From an uncultured Verrucomicrobiae bacterium (lineage in GTDB: Bacteria > Verrucomicrobiota > Verrucomicrobiia > Chthoniobacterales > JAFAMB01), in NCBI GenBank assembly GCA_963837955.1, contig CAWIPH010000001.1, positions 384,001 through 448,000 on the forward strand: a stretch of 64,000 nt of DNA. The letters are read 5' to 3'. Below are positions 1-9,764 of this stretch, one piece after another. A program made the position numbers and the translations under genes. A model generated the notes under the pieces. That model had not been told where the DNA came from. It saw nothing but the letters and a program-made list of their open reading frames with translations, and made no database searches. Numbering within the stretch: position 1 is the stretch's first letter; every line of letters starts with the position of its first letter.

Positions 1-998
1 TGTTTCCCGGCTTCGAGTTTGCGAAATGCCTCAGCCGCTTTGCTCCATGGAAATACTGAATCGATAATCGGATGCAGTTCTTCTTTGGCCACGAGAAACT
101 CGTTCATCTTTTCGAAGGATTCACGACTTCCAACGGTCAGGGACTCCACTCTGGCATTGCGAACAATGAAGGTGAGCTGATCAATCGTCGTTTCGGTGCC
201 ACTCAGCATGCCGACCACGGCGATGAAACCGCCTCCTTTCAGGGCTTTGATTGATTGATCAAGCGTGTCTGGCCCGCCGACATCAATAGCATGATCGACA
301 CCATGCCCGCCGGTCAGTTCTCGGACTTCTTTCCACCAGACCGGGTTCTTGCGGTAGTTGATCGTGGCGTCCGCACCGAGCTTCTTTGCCCGGACAAGTT
401 TTTCGTCGCTGCTCGATAGGACGATAACGTGCGCGCCGAATAGTTTCGCGAACTGAAGAGCGAAGATGGAGACTCCGCCTGTCCCTTGGACCAACAATGT
501 CTGGCCTTCTTGCAGTGGCTTCAATGTAAGTGCTTGCCAGGCCGTGAGGGCAGCGATCGGGAGGGTCGACGCCTCATCGTCAGTCAAGTAGCCCGGCGTG
601 TGAACGAACGCACGTTCAGCTAGACTAATGTATTCGGTCAGTGTGCCTGGTCCGGGAACACCGAGGCTGGTAGCCAAATACGTCGCGCCTAAATAAGCTT
701 CCTCAAACGGCCCTTTCTCCCAATCCTGGATGAACTGGGTAGTGACTCGGTCCCCTTTCTTGAATCGGTTAACCTGTTCACCAACGGCGATGACTTCTCC
801 GGAGGCGTCGGAAGCAGGAACAAATGGGAAAGCCAGGTCGGGGAAGAATACGCCGTTCACGACCATGAGATCGCGATAATTGAGCGACACCGAGTTGATC
901 TTTACCAGCACATCGCCGGGTCCCGGTTGAGGTTGCGGGCGATCAGTGATGCGTAAGGAATCGGTTCCGAAAGCGTTGTGGACTTCGATAGTTTTCAT
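1..998 (-). CDS. NAD(P)-dependent zinc-binding alcohol dehydrogenase family (MDR) protein, runs off the left edge
   Basis: Not in the ORF track because there is no stop in the window. Manual translation from ATG 998 gives MKTIEVHNAFGTDSLRITDRPQPQPGPGDVLVKINSVSLNYRDL...PASDASGEV...LVQGTGGVSIFALQFAK, typical MDR motifs. Confidence 0.9.
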   Translation of the reverse strand, partial: MKTIEVHNAFGTDSLRITDRPQPQPGPGDVLVKINSVSLNYRDLMVVNGVFFPDLAFPFVPASDASGEVIAVGEQVNRFKKGDRVTTQFIQDWEKGPFEEAYLGATYLATSLGVPGPGTLTEYISLAERAFVHTPGYLTDDEASTLPIAALTAWQALTLKPLQEGQTLLVQGTGGVSIFALQFAKLFGAHVIVLSSSDEKLVRAKKLGADATINYRKNPVWWKEVRELTGGHGVDHAIDVGGPDTLDQSIKALKGGGFIAVVGMLSGTETTIDQLTFIVRNARVESLTVGSRESFEKMNEFLVAKEELHPIIDSVFPWSKAAEAFRKLEAGK

Positions 999-1437
999 TC
1001 TGTGATAGGTGCCCAAACGCTATGACCCTGGCGGAAGGCGTTCCAATACTGCGATGGAATTGTTCGATAATCGGGATGCATAGTTGCGCGATGCTCCGAG
1101 AATAACGCCGGAAACGCCGTCATCGCCGGGAACGCCGGGAACGAATAAGCGCCTGGCGGCCGCGATTAAGCAATCGCGAATTTGGATCGCACACTCCGCA
1201 CTGTGCATTCGGCAATTTGGGAGCCGGGCAAGTACTTCTGCTTCGCCGAACAACCCGCGTTTGTTTGTCTTACTAATCACTAATCACCTCTCACCAATCA
1301 CGCTTCGAATCACTGAGGCTGGAGCATCATTGATAGGCGTTCACCGATCCACATCGAAGGTAGCTGACTCTGTTACACTTCGTTCTTGCAAACTTGGTCG
1401 TGCGCAGGATGATTCGCGATAACGAAACGAGTCGATC

Positions 1438-2355
1438 ATGGAACTGCGACATTTGCGCGCGCTGCTGGTCCTGGCCGAAGAATTGCACTTCGGCCGAGCT
1501 GCCGATCGGCTAGGAATAGCCCAGCCGGCGCTAAGTCGGCAAATCCAGCAATTGGAGACGGAACTACAGACTCCACTTTTTAAGCGTTCTTCCCGAGCTG
1601 TTTCGCTTACCGATGCGGGACGTGAGTTTGTTGAAAATATCAGTCCGGCGATTCGACAGATAGAAGACGCCGCCGCGGGCGCGACGAATTTTGCGCGAGC
1701 TAAGCGAGGAAGGCTTCGCGTCGGTTCTTCGTGCAATCTTTCCTCCGATTTTATCCCGGAGCTCGTACAAAGGCTTAATCAGGAGTCGCCGCTAGTAAGA
1801 ATCGATGTAAGAGGGCTGTCCGTAGCTGAACAGATTCGGACTTTGCACGCCGCCGAAATCGATGTCGGGTTAGCTACTCTGCCGATCAATGATCCATCGC
1901 TGATCGTTCGCCGCATTTTCAGTGAGCCTCTAATACTGATGGTTCAAAGCGAGAGCGAGTTCGCTCAAAGGACATCCATTCGTCTCCGCGATCTTGCGAA
2001 ACAACGGTTTATCATGTGTCCGCGTTATCGCCAAACCGGCTTTCACGAAATGATCATCGAGCTTGCAGGAAAGGCGGGCTTTCGGCCTCGAATTGCCAAC
2101 GAAGTCGACGCGCCATCGACAGCCGCTGCGCTGGTTGAGCGTGGTCTGGGCGTAGCCTTGGTACCTCTGTCGGAGTCATTGACGGTATCGGAGCGTATCC
2201 GATGTATCCCGATCGGTAACCCTGCTCTTTTCATCGACATCGGCGTCGTTTGGCGTCGAGAAAATATGTCGCCCGTGGTCCGCTGGTTTATCGATTGCTC
2301 CGTTCGATTAGGACGAGAATTGGCGGCAAAGCGATCGCCAAAGCTGGTGGCGTGA
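1438..2355 (+). CDS. LysR-family transcriptional regulator
   Basis: N-terminal HTH MELRHLRALLVLAEELHFGRAADRLGIAQPALSRQIQQLE; 305 aa; divergent from the dehydrogenase. Confidence 0.95.
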   Translation: MELRHLRALLVLAEELHFGRAADRLGIAQPALSRQIQQLETELQTPLFKRSSRAVSLTDAGREFVENISPAIRQIEDAAAGATNFARAKRGRLRVGSSCNLSSDFIPELVQRLNQESPLVRIDVRGLSVAEQIRTLHAAEIDVGLATLPINDPSLIVRRIFSEPLILMVQSESEFAQRTSIRLRDLAKQRFIMCPRYRQTGFHEMIIELAGKAGFRPRIANEVDAPSTAAALVERGLGVALVPLSESLTVSERIRCIPIGNPALFIDIGVVWRRENMSPVVRWFIDCSVRLGRELAAKRSPKLVA

Positions 2356-2358
2356 GGG

Positions 2359-2519
2359 GTAGGGCGAAACACGCCCTCGGCTGGTAGGGCGATACACACC
2401 GCGAGCGACAGCGAGCTAAGGTGTGTGAGCCTAACGTGGGGTGACACAAGGCTCACAGTCCGGCGCATAATCATATGGCCCATCGCACGTTATGAGGCCA
2501 AGGGCGTGTATCGCCCTAC
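2359..2519. repeat. GTAG-type REP cluster (inverted doublet plus a partial copy)
   Basis: GTAGGGCGAAACACGCCCT at 2359, GTAGGGCGATACAC at 2384, and the reverse complement of GTAGGGCGATACACGCCCT at 2501-2519; lies between convergent genes. Confidence 0.8.
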
Positions 2520-2530
2520 CCGTCAGCGAT

Positions 2531-3778
2531 TCAGCTAACAACGCTCTTGGCGAAGCTAGGGATTTCCTCAGCCAAACCAAATCCTGCGTGGACCAGATTA
2601 GCACCTTCATCAACGCGCTCCTCATCCACAATAACCGAGATCTTGATTTCTGAGGTGGTAATCATCTGAATATTGATGCCGGCTTCCCCCAGCAGCTCGA
2701 ACATTTTTGCGGCAACTCCGGAATGAGATCGCATTCCTATCCCGACAACGCTCAGTTTGGCAATTCCACCCTGCGCAGAGAAGCTGTGAGCTCCAATCTC
2801 GCCAACGAGCGGACCGAGCAAACGATTGATCTTGGGTAGCTCATCCGAATGAGTCGTAAACGAAATATCGGTTGAGCCGTCTGCGGAGACGTTCTGAACA
2901 ATCATATCGACGTTGATGCCGGCTCCAGCAATAGCCGTAAAGACGCGTGACGCGACTCCTGGTCGGTCCGGAACCCGGCTAACTGTCACTTTTGCTTGGC
3001 GGCGATCGACGCTGACGCCGCGAATGACCACCTTCTCCATTCCACTTGTTTCGTCTTTCACGATAGTCCCTGGTTCGTCGTTAAAACTACTGCGTACCTC
3101 GAAAATGACCCCAAATTTTTTAGCAAATTCCACCGCCCGCGATTGCATCACCCTGGATCCGAGACTCGCCATCTCGAGCATTTCGTCGTACGAGACTTCG
3201 GCGATTTTGCGCGCATTGGGAACGCTGCGAGGATCAGCGGTATAGACGCCGTCCACATCGGTACAGATCTGGCAAAGGTCGGCCCCCAAGGCAGCGGCTA
3301 AAGCGATCGCCGTCAGGTCTGAACCACCACGGCCAAGAGTTGTGATGTGACCCTCCAGACTTTCGCCCTGGAATCCGGCGACGATGACGATATGCCCGCT
3401 CTCGAGCAATCGATGGACTCGCTTTGGAGAAATGTTGGAGATCTTTGCTTTGGTGTGAACGCCGTCCGTGACAATACCGGCCTGCGCCCCGGTCAAAGAA
3501 ACGGCATTCCCGCCGATCGCGTTGATGGCCATTGCGGTGAGCGCTATCGTGGTCTGCTCACCGGTGGCCAGCAGCATATCCATCTCTCTTTCACTGGGAT
3601 GATCTGCCACTTGGCCAGCCAGCCGAATCAAATTGTCGGTTACACCAGACATTGCCGATACCACGACCACGATTTGGTCCCCGGCCGCCTGCGCTCTGAG
3701 GATGCGTCGAGCAACGTTCAGGATGCGTTCCGGGGTCCCGACAGAGGTTCCCCCATATTTCTGAACGATCAGGCTCAT
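2531..3778 (-). CDS. lysC: Aspartate kinase
   Basis: VQKYGGTSVG, TTLGRGGSDLTA, TDVDGVYTADPR, two C-terminal ACT domains; ATGA overlap with the thrC stop. Confidence 0.97.
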   Translation of the reverse strand: MSLIVQKYGGTSVGTPERILNVARRILRAQAAGDQIVVVVSAMSGVTDNLIRLAGQVADHPSEREMDMLLATGEQTTIALTAMAINAIGGNAVSLTGAQAGIVTDGVHTKAKISNISPKRVHRLLESGHIVIVAGFQGESLEGHITTLGRGGSDLTAIALAAALGADLCQICTDVDGVYTADPRSVPNARKIAEVSYDEMLEMASLGSRVMQSRAVEFAKKFGVIFEVRSSFNDEPGTIVKDETSGMEKVVIRGVSVDRRQAKVTVSRVPDRPGVASRVFTAIAGAGINVDMIVQNVSADGSTDISFTTHSDELPKINRLLGPLVGEIGAHSFSAQGGIAKLSVVGIGMRSHSGVAAKMFELLGEAGINIQMITTSEIKISVIVDEERVDEGANLVHAGFGLAEEIPSFAKSVVS

Positions 3779-4866
3779 AGGAACCGACAGACCGCGGCCT
3801 TATCTGCGGGCGCCTGGTACGGTTCAATCCCGCGATCTATTACGCTCGCGACATCTTTGAGTCCGTGCCCCGTAAGCGTCACAGCGACCTTGGCGCCGTC
3901 CGGTATGCCGGATATTGGGCAATTCTGGCAGCGTTGTTTTGCATCTGCACACTTCAATAGACCGGCAACGGCGGCAGCGCTTGCCGGTTCGACGAATAGA
4001 CCTTCTTCCGAACCAAGCCAGCGTTGAGCCGCAAAGATCTGATCGTCTGTAACGATGTCTATGGCGCCTCGCGATTCCAGGAGCGCCGCTTTGGCTCGAG
4101 TACGGCTCGCCGGATTGCCGATGCGAATCGCCGAGGCTGCGGTTTCGGGGTGCTCAATTATTCGATCGTAAAACAGAGGAGCGGCTCCAAACGCCTGAAA
4201 TCCGATCATGCGTGGAGTAGTCCGAATATGGCCTAGGTGATGGTATTCGGTGTATCCTTTCCAGTAGGCAGTAATGTTGCCAGCATTACCAACCGGAAGG
4301 ACATGCGCAAAAGGCGCTTCCCCGAGCGCATCCGCAATCTCAAACGCGGCCGTCTTTTGGCCTTCCAATCGATAGGGGTTAATGGAATTAACAACGCCAA
4401 TGCCCGGCTCTGATTGAAGTTCGCGGACGACGCGTAAACAAGAGTCAAAATTTCCGTCGATGGCGATGACCTTCGCACCATAGACGAAGGCTTGCGCCAG
4501 CTTTCCTAACGCGATGTTACCCTTCGGGACAAGCACTACGCATTGGACGCCGGCCCGGGCTGCGTAGGCGGCTGCCGAAGCCGATGTATTGCCCGTGGAA
4601 GCGCAGATCAAGGTGGTGACACCGGTTTCGGCGGCTTTGCTGACTGCGACTGTCATCCCACGGTCTTTGAAGGATCCGGTCGGATTGAGCCCTTCATATT
4701 TCAGAAATACCTGGCACCGATTGCCCAGAAGGGCTCCCAGCTTCGGGGACTCGATCAAGGGAGTCGAGCCTTCGCCAAGTGTTATTACAGGGGTGGCGTC
4801 CGTGACCGGAAGCAGGCTCCGGTATCGGTCGATTACCCCGACGCGCTGATCTGGTCCGGGATTCAT
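3775..4866 (-). CDS. thrC: Threonine synthase
   Basis: KYEGLNPTGSFKDRG PLP lysine, CASTGNTSAS, TLTGHGLKD; start set at ATG 4866, which overlaps the hom stop (ATGA). Confidence 0.96.
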   Translation of the reverse strand: MNPGPDQRVGVIDRYRSLLPVTDATPVITLGEGSTPLIESPKLGALLGNRCQVFLKYEGLNPTGSFKDRGMTVAVSKAAETGVTTLICASTGNTSASAAAYAARAGVQCVVLVPKGNIALGKLAQAFVYGAKVIAIDGNFDSCLRVVRELQSEPGIGVVNSINPYRLEGQKTAAFEIADALGEAPFAHVLPVGNAGNITAYWKGYTEYHHLGHIRTTPRMIGFQAFGAAPLFYDRIIEHPETAASAIRIGNPASRTRAKAALLESRGAIDIVTDDQIFAAQRWLGSEEGLFVEPASAAAVAGLLKCADAKQRCQNCPISGIPDGAKVAVTLTGHGLKDVASVIDRGIEPYQAPADKAAVCRFL

Positions 4867-6152
4867 GATAGAATCCAAAGCAACACTGGCGCCGCCTTCA
4901 CGCATTCGAGGCTACTCATCATCTCCACCGCGTCTCGCATGCGGCCAAACGGGGCGTTGTGGATCATTAGGACGAGCGGTACGGCCGTCTCGTCATGACT
5001 TTCGGGTTGGATCACAGAAGAGATGCCAATATCGTGCGACCCGAGTATGCTGGCGATTTGCGCCAAGACGCCGGGGCGATCATCAACCGTAAGACGCAAA
5101 TAGAATCCAGAAAGCAGTTCTTCTACCGGCAGACATTTCCCATACAATCCGTGCGGGGTAAACCCGAACGCTTTGCCTCCGGAATCAATCCAGATAGCCG
5201 CTTGGGCCAGGTCACTAATAACGGCACTCGCAGTAGGGTCTTGCCCTGCTCCGCGCCCATAGAACAACGTGTCACCGACGATATCGCCCCGTACCATCAA
5301 AGCGTTGAACACTCCGTTGACCGATGCGAGGACGTGGCCCTTCGGTACAAGCGTCGGATTCACCCGAACTTCAATCGACGAAGTCGCGTCGACTCGGATA
5401 GTTGCCACCAATTTAATTCGATATCCCAGATTTTCGGCAAACCGAATGTCGGCTGCCGAAACCTTCTCGATCCCTTCCACATAAATATGACGCGTGTCTA
5501 CCCAGAATCCGTATGCTAACGAGGCTAGTATGATGGCTTTGTGCGCTGCGTCCCCTCCATTGATATCCAGAGTGGGATCGGCTTCAGCATATCCTCCCGC
5601 CTGCGCTTCCCGAAGCGCCTCCGGAAAATCCATTCCGGCGTCTGTCATTCGGGTCAGAATATAGTTGCTGGTACCGTTCAGGATTGCATGGATCGATTGC
5701 AGATGGTTCCCGATAAATCCTTCCCGGATTGACTTGATAATTGGAATCCCGCCCGCTACAGCGGCCTCGAAGAAAACGGGAACGCCAGCTTCGGCGGCTA
5801 GTTCAAAAATCTCCGCGCCCTTTTCGGCCAACAACGCTTTGTTACCAGTGACGACTGGTTTACGTACTTTCAGTGCTCTGCGAAAGAGTTCGTAAGGGAG
5901 GTCGATGCCGCCAATCAATTCGACGACAATGCCGACGGCCGGATCATCCACTAAAGCCTCCCAATGCTTAGTCAGAATTTCTGGCGAAGGTTGCACGCTC
6001 CGCGGCGCCGAAACGTTGCGGACGGCGATTCGACGCACTTCTAGCTCCAATCCGATCCGCTCGGTCAATAAAAGCCGGTTTTGGAGGAGGTGCCGATAAA
6101 CGCCTGCTCCGACCGTGCCTAACCCGGCGAGCCCAATCCCGATCTTTTGCAT
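4863..6152 (-). CDS. hom: Homoserine dehydrogenase with C-terminal ACT domain
   Basis: GLAGLGTVG, FEAAVAGGIP, LNGTSNYIL, GYAEADPTLDI; start set at ATG 6152. Confidence 0.97.
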   Translation of the reverse strand: MQKIGIGLAGLGTVGAGVYRHLLQNRLLLTERIGLELEVRRIAVRNVSAPRSVQPSPEILTKHWEALVDDPAVGIVVELIGGIDLPYELFRRALKVRKPVVTGNKALLAEKGAEIFELAAEAGVPVFFEAAVAGGIPIIKSIREGFIGNHLQSIHAILNGTSNYILTRMTDAGMDFPEALREAQAGGYAEADPTLDINGGDAAHKAIILASLAYGFWVDTRHIYVEGIEKVSAADIRFAENLGYRIKLVATIRVDATSSIEVRVNPTLVPKGHVLASVNGVFNALMVRGDIVGDTLFYGRGAGQDPTASAVISDLAQAAIWIDSGGKAFGFTPHGLYGKCLPVEELLSGFYLRLTVDDRPGVLAQIASILGSHDIGISSVIQPESHDETAVPLVLMIHNAPFGRMRDAVEMMSSLECVKAAPVLLWILS

Positions 6153-6266
6153 AGAGAGGAGGCGCACCTTCGTGGAATCACCATTTCCTGTAAAGTGGGG
6201 AATTGAGAGGGGTGAAGCGCAGGCCAGATTTTCGCCCTGGGGCTGCTTGGCCCACGGACGCCCAGA

Positions 6267-6523
6267 TTGGTAGGGCGAAATCCTAATCCCGTCTCCGCCG
6301 TCGCAGCAGTTAGGGGCGGATATACCTGCAGATCGCGATTGCTATGGCGGACAAGTCAGCGGGATTGGCTTGAGCCTTTCGGACCATACCAAAGGCGTTT
6401 CATTTGTTTGCTCACACGATACGGACGAGCACACCGATTGGCCGAACGTGGCTCAAACCCGGCGCGAAGCACACGAACATAGGTGGCAACGTTTCCGGTG
6501 CGCCGAGGTTTTCGCCCTACCGA
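6267..6523. mobile_element. MITE/REPIN-like element, copy 1
   Basis: Terminal inverted repeats GGTAGGGCGAAA...TTTCGCCCTACC; internal CGTGGCTCAAACCCGGCGCGAA shared with 46359-46647. Confidence 0.7.
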
Positions 6524-6698
6524 TTCTGGACCCATCCACTAGAGTCCCTCCGGGACGACTCTTCTCGGCGTATATCCTTCCTCTTATGTTGAGCGTGTGG
6601 GCTGTCTCCGGAGGAGGCGGCCTGCCCGACTGAATCAAGATTTTTCCCTTTCCTCATCCCGTCCTTTGCACAGAAGTTATGAAAGGCATGCGTTCTCC

Positions 6699-7046
6699 TC
6701 ATTTCACATCGAAAATGATATATCGAGGGTAGCGATCTGACGGCGCCGGCTCGAATTTTCCGCTGACTTCGACTTCTTGGTCGATCTTTTTTTGGAATGA
6801 TTCAAGTTGGCTTTGGGAAAGACCGTACAGCAAAACACCTCGTCTATCGCTCACTCGGTAAGTCTTATCATCCACAGTGATCTCCCCGCGAACCGGCTCG
6901 CCAAAATTCAGACAAATCCAAGCCGGATTTCTTGTCAGCAGCGAACCGTCGATCTTGGCGTGCACGGTCACCCATTTATAAAATGTTACGTCTTTCGCTT
7001 GCGCCAACGAAACCCCCAAGATCAACACGACTAGTATCGCTCTCAA
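6699..7046 (-). CDS. Small secreted hypothetical protein
   Basis: Signal-peptide-like MRAILVVLILGVSLAQA; starts 3 nt after the stop of the upstream lipoprotein gene. Confidence 0.75.
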   Translation of the reverse strand: MRAILVVLILGVSLAQAKDVTFYKWVTVHAKIDGSLLTRNPAWICLNFGEPVRGEITVDDKTYRVSDRRGVLLYGLSQSQLESFQKKIDQEVEVSGKFEPAPSDRYPRYIIFDVK

Positions 7047-7049
7047 TCT

Positions 7050-7688
7050 CTACCCTCCTCCACCTACTTTAGTCTTTAGATTGCTGTACAAGTTAGCCAC
7101 AGCAGGACCCCAGGTCTTATTAGTACCATTCAGATCGTTATTCGCCCCAGGCGGAGAATAGGTGTACCAGAGTTGGCCGATCGTGTAGTCGTTGGCGTAA
7201 GCTCCGTTGGGATTGGCGAGGATTCTCGCCGCATAATTGATGCTATCATCGATCGAGTTAAAGTTTCGTGGCCCGCTGTCATTCGGGGAAATACCCATCG
7301 CATTGTTGCGATTGCTGAAGGCGTATGAAGGACCACCAACGCCCGATTCTTCTTCCGTGATTGCAGCTAAGAGCGCCGGATCGATATTATACTTCAGGCC
7401 AGCATCGAGATAGGTCTGGGCGTAAGGTTGCATGTAAGTTGGCAAGGCCGCCTGGAACGTGGCTAAATCCATTGGCTGATATCCTCTCCAGGTCTGACCC
7501 AAACCTGCTCCGCCAGTGCTTTGCCCACCAGACGCTGCGTTCGCCAGTTGATCGCCCTGCGCCAAGGCGTTTGCGGAAGGGGAAGAATTTCCGCCGCCTG
7601 AGCTGCCCACGTAATTTTCCGAGTTGTCGCAACCGAACAAAACAACGGCGAGAAGGCTGCCGGAAAAAACTTGCCTCGCCCGACTCAT
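7050..7688 (-). CDS. Lipoprotein with lysozyme-like (SLT/glucosaminidase-type) domain
   Basis: Lipobox VLFG-C, Gly/Ser linker, then YNIDPALLAAITEEESG...NNAMGI...FNSIDDSINYAARIL, a lysozyme-superfamily pattern. Confidence 0.75.
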   Translation of the reverse strand: MSRARQVFSGSLLAVVLFGCDNSENYVGSSGGGNSSPSANALAQGDQLANAASGGQSTGGAGLGQTWRGYQPMDLATFQAALPTYMQPYAQTYLDAGLKYNIDPALLAAITEEESGVGGPSYAFSNRNNAMGISPNDSGPRNFNSIDDSINYAARILANPNGAYANDYTIGQLWYTYSPPGANNDLNGTNKTWGPAVANLYSNLKTKVGGGG

Positions 7689-8464
7689 AAATGCGGCCGC
7701 AGGGACGGGATGCGTGGTTCATTTCGGTCCAAATCGTTCTCCTTGGCTCGGAGCAGAAAACCGGAAACGCTAGATACTGATCGATTGGCTTGCACCCATT
7801 CGCGCAAGCTGCCAAGCCGGTGCCAGGCACCGCCTTGTCGATAGTCAGGCCCATAAACACAACGATCGGGTCCAACGACGACCGCGAAGCCAATGATGAC
7901 TGGCCCTCGGGTCGCGAAACGGCTTGGGCACACCAGGATCGATCCAGGCGGAGCGCGCTCCGGCTCGACGACATAGGCGTCAGCGTGTTGTAAGTCGCGG
8001 AGAATACCGAGTGTCCCGTTGGAGCTGAGCGAAAAGCCGGCAATTGGCGTTAGAAGGGCGTTGAGGGAAGCGCCAAGCGGACAAACATCATCGAGCGATG
8101 CCGCAGTTCCAGCCGCGGAGGGGTCGGCGTGGCCGCCGTTCAGGAGCCGAGTAGCGGCTCCTATTGCGGCATCCAGTTCGGTTCGGCTTGCCTCCGTGGG
8201 AAAAGAATCAAGCGAAGTATCTGCACCGACAACTGCAAACCCTGTGTTGCCGGTTTGTCGGACTAAGAGAACCCCTTTTCGCTCGGCTTGTTGGACCGTA
8301 AAGACGTGATAGACCGATTGCGGAGCGGCAAAGGCAGCCCAATACCTGATTTCGCCCTCTGGAACTGCGCGCTGGACAAATGCCGCCAGAGCACTCGGGG
8401 TTTCCGCCGGCGCTAAGCTCGCAAATAACCAGGTGATTAAACAAAGCAGGGATAAACGTAACAC
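7685..8464 (-). CDS. Secreted hypothetical protein
   Basis: Signal peptide MLRLSLLCLITWLFASLAPA; ATGA overlap with the downstream gene. Confidence 0.7.
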   Translation of the reverse strand: MLRLSLLCLITWLFASLAPAETPSALAAFVQRAVPEGEIRYWAAFAAPQSVYHVFTVQQAERKGVLLVRQTGNTGFAVVGADTSLDSFPTEASRTELDAAIGAATRLLNGGHADPSAAGTAASLDDVCPLGASLNALLTPIAGFSLSSNGTLGILRDLQHADAYVVEPERAPPGSILVCPSRFATRGPVIIGFAVVVGPDRCVYGPDYRQGGAWHRLGSLREWVQANRSVSSVSGFLLRAKENDLDRNEPRIPSLRPHL

Positions 8465-8672
8465 TTTATGTACATGTTATGTATATCGACAGCGGATGAC
8501 AATAGAAATAAATGTAAATCCTGCTTGGCGAACAGAACCTCAGGCCCAGCAGAGCGCGGAGACTCTTCTAGATTTCAGCGCCCCTAAATTCTAGATTCTT
8601 CGTTTCTAAATCTGTGGAATCTGTGGCTTAATCTCTCTTTACCATTTACCCCTGAATTAGCTGGAACCCGCG

Positions 8673-9764
8673 ATGGCCTACCTGCATCTGACCGATATCC
8701 AAAAGCACTTCGATAGCTTTCACGCTCTAAAAAATCTCTCGCTAGCCATCGAGAAAGAGGAGTTTGTGGTCTTTGTTGGTCCATCTGGCTGTGGGAAAAC
8801 AACGCTGCTGAGATCCATTTCGGGCTTGGAAACCGTTACGAGCGGGAAGATCGAGTTAGATGGGCGTGACATCACCTTTGAGCATCCGTCAAAGCGCAAT
8901 GTTGCTATGGTGTTTCAGAACTATGCGCTCTTTCCTCATCTGACGGTTTTCGAGAACGTCGCTTTTGGTCTGAGACTTCAACGATTAAGCAAAGCGGAGA
9001 TCGGTCAACGGGTACAGCGTGCGGCCAACATGCTTCATATCGAACCGCTCCTGCAGCGCAAGCCGAAGCAACTCTCCGGCGGCCAACGCCAGCGCGTCGC
9101 GATCGGGCGCGCCATTGTGAAGCAACCCAAACTCTTTTTGTTCGACGAACCGCTCTCTAATTTGGATGCCAAACTACGGGTTCGGATGCGGGTCGAGTTG
9201 CTAAACTTGCATTACGAAACCCGCAATACAGCGATCTACGTTACTCATGACCAAGTAGAAGCGATGACGATGGCAGATCGAATCGTCATTCTAAACGACG
9301 GCAAAATAGAGCAAGTCGGCAGCCCGATGGAGCTCTACGAGCGGCCGGCCAATAAATTCGTGGCCGGCTTCATCGGATCGCCACAAATGAACTTCTTGCC
9401 TGTTGTGGTGGAAGACGAAAAACCCGGCCAGCTTCGTTGTAAGTCGGACGCGGTCGGATTGATAAACCTGCCTCTCCAAGCGTCGCAGCCCCTGAGAGGC
9501 AAATCGCTCACCTTGGGCTTTCGGCCGGAACACGTACGGCTCGGGTCTTCCGCAAACTCCGTCCGCTTACCGGGAGTGGTGAACATTGTGGAGTACCTCG
9601 GAAGCGAGACCTGTATCCACTCGGAAATCGGGAAGGATACGATCGTTGTAGCAAAAACAACCGGCAGCTCGGCTCCCGAGCGCAATCATCGTATCGAATT
9701 TCATCTACCGGCCGAGCACCTGTATCTTTTCGACGAAAATGAACAGGCGATTCCGCTGAAGTAG
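8673..9764 (+). CDS. Carbohydrate ABC transporter ATP-binding protein (MalK/UgpC family)
   Basis: GPSGCGKTT, LSGGQRQRVAIGR, FLFDEPLSNLDAKLR, YVTHDQVEAMTM, TOBE-like tail. Confidence 0.96.
   Translation: MAYLHLTDIQKHFDSFHALKNLSLAIEKEEFVVFVGPSGCGKTTLLRSISGLETVTSGKIELDGRDITFEHPSKRNVAMVFQNYALFPHLTVFENVAFGLRLQRLSKAEIGQRVQRAANMLHIEPLLQRKPKQLSGGQRQRVAIGRAIVKQPKLFLFDEPLSNLDAKLRVRMRVELLNLHYETRNTAIYVTHDQVEAMTMADRIVILNDGKIEQVGSPMELYERPANKFVAGFIGSPQMNFLPVVVEDEKPGQLRCKSDAVGLINLPLQASQPLRGKSLTLGFRPEHVRLGSSANSVRLPGVVNIVEYLGSETCIHSEIGKDTIVVAKTTGSSAPERNHRIEFHLPAEHLYLFDENEQAIPLK

Noticed and set aside
6153..6266. Thr/Ile leader peptide upstream of hom
   Set aside because: No Thr/Ile-rich short ORF or terminator found.
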